Positions 55,195-64,000 of a stretch of DNA of 64,000 nt are shown here, one piece after another. Position 1 is the first letter of the stretch; each line of letters begins with the position of its first letter. The translations under genes were made by a program, and so were the position numbers. Origin of the DNA: Eledone cirrhosa (taxonomy: Eukaryota); the NCBI GenBank assembly GCA_964016885.1, contig OZ024740.1, positions 163,556,001 to 163,620,000 of the forward strand. The letters run 5' to 3'. The notes below the pieces were generated by a model. It ran no database searches, was not told the DNA's origin, and saw only the letters and a list, made by a program, of their open reading frames with translations.

Positions 55195-55977
55195 AATTTG
55201 CAGACGACATGGTGTTACTTAACTCGTCAGAAGGTGATCACCGACTTTCACTTATAGGTTGGATGCCACGTGCTACATAGCTGGAATGGAAATCAGTGCT
55301 GTAAGAACTGAGACACTCGTCCTCTCAAGGAAACCTGTGCAGTGCGCTATACATGTGAAAGAAGTTTCACTGAAGCAGGTCAAAATGTTCAAGTATCTCG
55401 GGGCTGTGTTCATAAGTGGTGGAAGGCAGGAATCTGAATTAAACGCAAGAATTGCACGAGCTGATGCAGTAATGCAGCTTTAGCAGTAATGCAGTTCAGC
55501 ATTCGGTAATCAGAAGACGAGAAGTAGGTGTAAAATCCACACTTACCTATGGTCATGAATCTTGAGTAATGACCGAAAGAATACGATCGCGAATATAAGC
55601 GACCGAAATGGGGTTCCACCGAAGGGTCTTTGGAGCAACGTTACTCGATAGAAGGCGTAGCTTGGAGATCAGAAAGTCGTTCCAGGTAGAACTGCTACTT
55701 CTCTTAATTGAGAGATTCGGAGATGTGGTTAAAATGTCTTGCTTGGGGATCAAGCCGGATCAGTTGGAGACGGTTGGAAACGTTGGATGGAGTGTTTGAG
55801 GACTCTGCTGCCACAGCCATCTCAGAAAGAAGAAGAAGAAGAAGAAGAAGAAGAAGAAGAAGAAGAAGAAGAAGAAGAAGAAGAAGAAGAAGAAGAAGAA
55901 GAAGAAGAAGAAGAAGAAGAAGAAGAAGAAGAAGAAGAAGAAGAAGAAGAAGAAGAAGAAGAAGAAGAAGAAGAAGA
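55195..55977 (+). mobile_element. Decayed RTE-like LINE 3' part with (GAA)n tail
   Basis: FADD at ~55198, GMEISAVRTETLV, FKYLG..GRQESELNARIARA, YGHES. (GAA)n at 55828-55977. Confidence 0.75.
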
Positions 55978-55979
55978 TA

Positions 55980-56560
55980 TAGTCGTGAAAAACAGAAGGT
56001 CTTATATCCAAAGTTGGTAGAGTATTTAGTCCAAAGGACAGGTTCGAAATAGAGATAATTTCACAACAATTGCTAGCAAGTTCCGTGTATTCACTCAAGG
56101 AGGCGGGTGTGAACTACTACATCAAATGGAAAGTCCTCGAATATTCGAGACCATACGTATATGGATCTAAGACCTGCAGATTGTGCCTTGGTGAAAGATC
56201 AGATATTTTGCAGAAGTTATGCCACAATGCTTGCCTTAACACGAGATCCGATTTTTTCAACTGCTACCCCCACGCTTCGAAATTGTTTTTACGTAATTGG
56301 AAGGACACAGGATAACCAGAGGATTGACGTTATCCTAGGCTAAACTATCAAAAGGGATCGTTCTTCAAACGTTACCTTCCCTACAACAGTCTAACTAGAG
56401 TTACGTCCCATGTTACGGAAATCAAAACTGGTCTCTTCTGTGCAGAATCCATCCAGCTCAATAATACTTCAGTCCTCTCTACCACATTAAACTGGTTGAA
56501 AATCCTATTTTAAGTGACACACGTGTCCTCAAGTATGGTTTAATAATTGTTGTGAAATTA
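55980..56560 (+). mobile_element. Penelope-like GIY-YIG C-terminal remnant plus pLTR region
   Basis: LASSVYSLKE..IKWKVL..CRLCLGE..LNTRSDFFNCYPH, homologous to 7355-7654. Confidence 0.8.
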
Positions 56561-56611
56561 ACACTCTCTCTCTCTCTAAATACATGTGTGTGTGTGGGGG
56601 GGGTACTGAGA

Positions 56612-57460
<849 letters not shown>

Positions 57461-57665
57461 TCGAAAAGTAGAGAATTTATTAATTTAGTATAATAATATT
57501 TTGGATTCTATCAATCCACGAAACCAACAGATTCCCATTCTAGAAAAATAACTGGACGGTCATAACTGAGATGTTCTCTCCCATATGTCTGCTCAGAGTT
57601 GACTAAGTGCTAAAGAGCAACAATAACAACATGGGCCAAAGAAGCAGCCACACGAAATGCTAGGG

Positions 57666-57798
57666 CAGTGGTTCTCAACCTTTTTTTACTCATGGACCCC
57701 TTTTCCCCTTTTTTTTTGGGGGGGGGGGGGCTCATAGCTATTCGACAAAAGAAAAGCTTATTCTATTTTTGCCTGTGGACCCCGGTTGAGAACCACTG
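57666..57798. mobile_element. hAT (Charlie-like) MITE
   Basis: TIRs CAGTGGTTCTCAACC / GGTTGAGAACCACTG and an 8-bp TSD tgctaggg/tgctagag (1 mismatch). Confidence 0.88.
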
Positions 57799-58307
57799 TG
57801 CTAGAGGTAAAAACTAAACAGCCTTAAATTGAACCATTAAAAAGAAGGAATGACATTAAACAGTGTCGACTTTAATGATTATAAACTATGTGGTGTGGTC
57901 TGAAAAGAAGCAAGATGGTCACAGCTTGAACGGTTTAGAATATTGCTCTGCTAGATCGTCGCCCACTGAGGTTTAATCAATTTCAAACTCACAATTGCAC
58001 GTATTTGCGCACAGCACACACACGTGTACATTCCATACAAATATACACACGCGCTCCACATAGTCACACCTATATACACATACGTACACATGTACACGCA
58101 TGTCATAATACACTCACCATATGTTTTTTAAGAGACAGCTATCAGCTATTGAAATATACAAGTGTTCAGTAATGTTTATGACAGACAATTAAAATTGGTT
58201 CCTTCCCCTGGCACCACATAGACACGCACATATGCACGCACAGCTACACCCACGCAACGCATACACAAATATCCATATATGTATGTATGTAAGTATGTAT
58301 ATATATG

Positions 58308-58318
58308 TATGGACGTAT

Positions 58319-58360
<42 letters not shown>

Positions 58361-58724
58361 GCGCGCACGCACACACACACACACACACACACATGCTTAC
58401 GTACGTGCACAAGTATAGCTCTTTTTACAAAACGGTTTTTTTTTCCATTTCAGGTAGACGCGCTCCATCATCGACTTTTCTAAAAAATAAATCATACACA
58501 AAACGTCAGCACCAATATGAATGGACCTGTTATTTTTATCTAAAGACATTTTTTCCAATTCCAACCCGCCCGTCCGTCCCCTCAATCTATAATATTTATC
58601 ATTCTTTCTTCTGATGAAAGACTGGCGTCCGAAAAGTCTTCCTGATATATCAAGCGTTAACCAAATATATCCCTTCCATATTCGGTACCGATTGTGTTGT
58701 TATTTCTGTTTACCTTTTACATAC

Positions 58725-58725
<1 letters not shown>
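58308..58725 (+). mobile_element. Solo pLTR-like copy of the Penelope family at 61680-63205, with a damaged hammerhead at ~58605-58640
   Basis: Aligns by eye to 62822-63205. Contains CTGATGA aagac tggc gtcc GAAA followed by a small deletion. Confidence 0.8.
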
Positions 58726-58809
<84 letters not shown>

Positions 58810-58823
58810 CATACATATATATA

Positions 58824-58869
<46 letters not shown>

Positions 58870-58883
58870 CATACATATATATA

Positions 58884-58969
<86 letters not shown>

Positions 58970-58973
58970 CATT

Positions 58974-59014
<41 letters not shown>

Positions 59015-59071
59015 TTTCTGAATTTGTTTAGCAAGATTCTTTATCTGAAAACGTGTGTTGAAACCGATATT

Positions 59072-59407
59072 GTTATACTTTGGGAGGGTCATGTTGCCAA
59101 TAAGAAACACACGCACCAGTTGCTTTCACTTCAATTTATTATAATAAATTTATAAATTTAGGAATTTATAAATTTCCGGTTGGTTGGTTGGTTCTGCAAC
59201 CAGATGATTGTTTATATATTGTCAAAGTTCTTTCGTCACACATTATGTGACCTCTTCAGTGACTGGGGATTCTTTTCTTTGTTTTTGCGCCTCTCCTTTG
59301 TTCTGTCCTACGCCAACAAAAGAGAGGCACAAAATTTATTATAATAAATTGAAGTGAAAGCAACTGGTGCGTGTGTTTCTTATTGGCAACATGACCCTCC
59401 CAAAGTA

Positions 59408-59411
<4 letters not shown>
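59072..59411. mobile_element. Small inverted-repeat element in (TA)n containing a hammerhead
   Basis: 59072-59151 is the reverse complement of 59332-59411. Confidence 0.8.
59221..59263 (-). ncRNA. Type I hammerhead ribozyme with an extra purine before stem II
   Basis: GTCA CTGAAGA G GTCACA taatg TGTGAC GAAA GAAC TT TGAC. Confidence 0.78.
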
Positions 59412-59488
<77 letters not shown>

Positions 59489-59489
59489 C

Positions 59490-59556
<67 letters not shown>

Positions 59557-59557
59557 C

Positions 59558-59588
<31 letters not shown>

Positions 59589-59593
59589 AATAC

Positions 59594-59710
<117 letters not shown>

Positions 59711-59729
59711 CATATATATATATATATAA

Positions 59730-59789
<60 letters not shown>

Positions 59790-59913
59790 GAAGAAGACAA
59801 CAGAGAGACAACAGACAGCGGTACTTTCGAACCTGGATATTTACCTACGCCTTTTGATTGCTCTATTTACCACTCTGTTCTGCCAGCGGATTACCCACGG
59901 ACCTTGAATATTT

Positions 59914-60034
<121 letters not shown>

Positions 60035-60040
60035 CATATA

Positions 60041-61257
60041 CACGAGAGTGGGCTGAAATGTTCATAAGCTGACTATGAAGGAGTGATGCTAGTGGTGTGA
60101 AATCTTGCATGCATTAATTTCAACTCTTCTTAATAACTGCATTGTTTCTATTCGGATAAATTGAATTTGACTGATGAAAGAGGACTGCAGAAGTGGCGTG
60201 TAGCGACATTTCTTAAAACTGATGAAAATTTGGCATCGTGATGTTATCAAGTATCACCAGAAAAATGGTTTACCCCTTAAGGATATTCATGCTGACATGG
60301 TTGTTATATTAGGGGTTGAAGCGCCAGCTTTATCAGCAGTGCAAAAGTGGGCAGCTGAAATTAGGAAGGGAGCGTCATTACGATGACCCAAGTTCTGGAC
60401 GTCCTGCAAGGAGGAAAACATTGATCGTATTCACCATATGGTGATGGATGACAGGCGATTGATTATAAATCAAATAGTTAATGCTATAAGAATATCCCGT
60501 GAGAGAGTTGAGCATATACTGCACAATGAACTTGGCATGACGAAGGTTTCTGCTCGGTAGGTGCCACATCTTCTGACACTAAGATGATCACATCACAGGA
60601 AAATTTGACACTGTTGGAAGCAGATCCAGCTGGTTTCCTAATGATCCAGGTGGTTTCTTTGAATGTTTCCAGGATGAGTACTGGATTCATCATAGTCAGA
60701 GACAGAGAGATAATTCGTGCAGTGGAAACACTTCTCCTCACCTGCTCTAAAGAAGGCCAAGGCCGTTTCATCTGTAGAGACGGTGTGGGCCTCAGTTTTG
60801 AGGGGATGCAAAAGACATTGTGTTTATTGACTATCTTTAAAAGAGTCACACCAACTTGCTAAGGCAGTTACGAAAGACTGTCAAGAAAACTGACCAAAAG
60901 GATCTTGTATCACCAGGACAATGCTCTAGTACACAACTCCTTCGTTTCAATGGCTGCTGTGCATGACTGTGGCTTTGAACTTGTTGATCACCCTATATTC
61001 TCCTGATTTGGTCCCATCTGACTATCATCTGTTCCTCAACATGAAAACAACAATTGGTTGAGAACTTGTATCGCAGTGATCATGACGTCATATCTGCTGC
61101 TGATAACTTTTTTTTACCAACAGGATAAAAGCTTCTTCACCAATGAAATCCAAGCGCTGTAACATCGACGGAATATATGTGAGGAAAAGTAAAGTTCATA
61201 TGATTACATTCCATGAGAGTATTTTAGTCAGCCTATGAACTTTTCAGCCGACCGTTG
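60041..61257 (+). mobile_element. Decayed full-length mariner transposon
   Basis: TIRs cacgagagtgggctgaaatgttcataagctgact / agtcagcctatgaacttttcagccgaccgttg, with TA on the left. Transposase remnants (W)VPH ~60558, HQDNA ~60911, YSPDL.PSDY ~60996. A solo TIR lies at ~63218-63252. Confidence 0.9.
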
Positions 61258-61332
61258 AACTCTCAATAAATTTCTCCTTCTGACCAATTCTTCCTGCCCA
61301 ACTATTCCTGTTTTTCTTGGTACCATACTTAT

Positions 61333-61412
<80 letters not shown>

Positions 61413-61503
61413 TATTGTTCCTACAAGTATGTAATAAGTACAGTGAATTTTTTGGAATTTATTTATTATTTTTTAAGATCTTTTCTGTATTTACACTCCC
61501 TTG

Positions 61504-61543
<40 letters not shown>

Positions 61544-61679
61544 AAGCTAAGAAATTTTCAATGATACGAAAGATTTGCTGGTGGAAGTTCAGATATACTC
61601 GGGGTTGGTATTCGGGGTGAAATCCCAATTAGAAAATCTAACGAATTTGAGAGGCCCACGTAAGCATTGATATATATAT

Positions 61680-63205
61680 GTATGTAAAAGGTAAACAGAA
61701 ATAACAACACAATCGGTACAGTATATGGAAGGAATATATTAGGTTGACGCTTGAAATAGCAGGAAGATGGTCTTAACGTTTCGGACGCTAGTCCTTCATC
61801 AGAAGGATTTGGAAAAATTGTCTTTAGATAAAAATAACAGGTCCATTCATGTTGACATCTCCTGGAAAACTGTTGGTTCCTGCTTCATCCGGCGTGGATA
61901 TCCCCCACCCTAATCCAAGCTGCCCTCACCCGCACCTGTGAAACAGACCGTACCACAGCCCTCTCACCTCAACCACACCCTCCCAACACCCACGTTCCTT
62001 TCCCTCTCACCTACCAACCCATCACCCTACCACTCCGGCGACATATCCTCCGTTCCTTCCGCACCCTCTCTTCTGACCCCGTCACTTCTCGCTTTTTTCC
62101 AAACCAACCCATTATTGCTTTTAAGCGCGCCCGCAACCTCCGCGACCTCCTGGTACACAGTTCCTTCTCGTCCGCTCCCACGTTTCCACCTGGCTCTCAT
62201 CCGCTGCAACACTTGTCCCTTCATTTCCACCCTCACCACTCTCACAGGCCCTAACAGGTCTTTTCGTATCCGCCACTCTTTCACCTTCACATCCACCCAC
62301 GTTGTCTATGCCCTCTGGTGTTACCTTTGCGGGTCTTTATACATCGGACAAACGGGACGCGTATGGCGGACCGTTTTGCTGAGCATTTGAGGGACATAGG
62401 ACTCGATTTGGATACTCTTGTCGCCCGTCATTTCTGTTCTCCTGGTCATTCTTCCCTACATGTCTCAGTTCTTTGTGTCCTTTTACATTATGGATCAGAG
62501 GCCTCGCGCACCAGGACTGAACAGAGTCTGATTCACCGCCTTGGGTCCTATTCCCCTCTTGGACTCAACTCAACTCCCCAATTTCTTTAATACTCCGTCC
62601 ATTATCACACACGAATGTATTTCACCCCTAGATTCCTGTCGCTCTTTCATGATCATAAACATCTTCTCTTACAACTAATACAGACCGACAAAATATGCAC
62701 ACTTCACTTTTCCCTTCACACATACACATCCTTATATTAACATACTTTTTCTCATAGCTTTGTACTTACATGCACAGACACACACTCTTTTACTTACATA
62801 TACACATTTCTTCTTAGCTTCGTACGGACGTATAACACACACACACATGCTTACGCACGTACACAAGTATAGCTCTTTTTACAGAACGGTTTCTTTTTCC
62901 ATTTCAGGTAGACGCGCTCCATCATCCACTTTTCTAAAAAAATAAATCATACACAAAACGCCAGTACCAACAGTTTTCCAAGAGATGTCAACATGAATGG
63001 ACCTGTTATTTTTTATTTAAAGACAGTTTTTCCAATTCCAAACCGCCCGTCCCCTCAATCTATCTTATTTCTCATTCTTTCTTCCGATGAAGGACTAGCG
63101 TCCAAAACGTTAAACCCTCTTTCTGCTATTTCAAGCGTCAACCTAATATATTCCTTCCATATACTGTACCGATTGTGTTGTTATTTCTGTTTACCTTTTA
63201 CATAC
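61680..63205 (+). mobile_element. Penelope-like element: inverted 5' pLTR segment, GIY-YIG remnant, 3' pLTR, inserted in (TA)n
   Basis: 61681-61877 is the reverse complement of ~62965-63204. PIIAFKRARNLRDLLV, CNTCP, VVYALWCYLCGSLYIGQTGR, RFAEH, VARHF, PLGLN. Hammerhead-like motif in both pLTR copies. Confidence 0.9.
61770..61806 (-). ncRNA. Minimal hammerhead-like motif of the Penelope pLTR
   Basis: CTT CTGATGA A GGAC tagc GTCC GAAA CG TT AAG, with palindrome AACGTT and a weak stem I. Mutated twin at ~63080-63115. Confidence 0.65.
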
Positions 63206-63479
63206 ATATATATATATATGAGGTTTTGCTGAAAAGTTCATAAGCTGACCAAGATATATGTATATATATATATATATATATCGGGAATTTTACCCGCCCT
63301 ATATATATATAGAGAGAGAGAGAGCGAGAGAGGGGGGGGGGGGATAGCAATAAGGTGAACATATTCCGATTCTCATCTGATAAGCAAATCAATTCTAGCA
63401 TCGAACTGGTTGTAATCGATTAAAGCTATATGAGCTGGTCATTTGCGAAACTCATGTTATATGTGATTACCAATAAAAT

Positions 63480-64000
63480 ATATAATCTACCTTATCACTA
63501 AATCCACTCTGGCCTACAATATACTCCTCTATTTAATATGAAACTGGTCACTCCGATGGCAAAACTATATTCCGCCTTAATTAGGAAGCATTTCTCTGAA
63601 GAACTCAAACACCATAATATCTTTAATAGAAATGCTGTTAGAATATCTTCCTCCACGACATCTAACTTTGCTTATAATATAGCATCATCCAGCATAACCA
63701 AATTTTCGAACCATTACAACACAGATAATTATGGAAGTAGTTCTAGCGGAGAAATACCTAACTGGTAAGATAAGGCTAATAACCTCTCTACTAGCACAGT
63801 ATATATAGGGTTAACATCCAATAGATTCAAATTACGATATCATATGCACAAGAATTTGTTTTGAAATCCATTTAGAAGAAATGAGACTTCACCATCAGCC
63901 TATATCTTGAGCTTGAAAGTCAGAAACATTCGATAAGGGTTAGAAGTTGTAGTGAGGGATCAATATTGGATTGAGGTGAAAATGCTCCAATCAAGTGTTC
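63480..64000 (+). mobile_element. Decayed Penelope-like remnant (linker + GIY-YIG start)
   Basis: LIRKHF..HNIFNRNAVRISSSTTSN (cf. 6860-6945), then YIGLTSNRFKLRYHMHK at ~63802-63852. Confidence 0.7.

Overview
Eukaryotic, AT-rich, microsatellite-saturated genomic DNA with no confident host gene. The SINE and microsatellite landscape suggests a mollusc, probably a cephalopod such as Octopus (inference). Most of the window is a nest of mobile elements: RLE-type non-LTR retrotransposons (R4/Dong-like and CRE-like) sitting in (TAA)n and (TACA)n repeats, Tx1/L1 and RTE fragments, several Penelope-like (GIY-YIG) remnants, a near full-length decayed Helitron plus a non-autonomous one, a decayed mariner, a hAT MITE and many SINEs. 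The main non-obvious signal is RNA-level. A non-coding ~470-bp tandem/inverted repeat family (19681-21141 and a diverged relative at 49687-50642) carries a canonical type I hammerhead ribozyme in every unit, with a compensatory stem II change between loci, a palindromic stem III and a conserved octamer motif. This looks like a retrozyme/circular-RNA-type element mobilised by Penelope-like machinery into (TA)n tracts. At least 8 further hammerhead or hammerhead-like motifs occur elsewhere, including a recurring U.U stem II variant. All structures were read by eye; no folding or database search was run.
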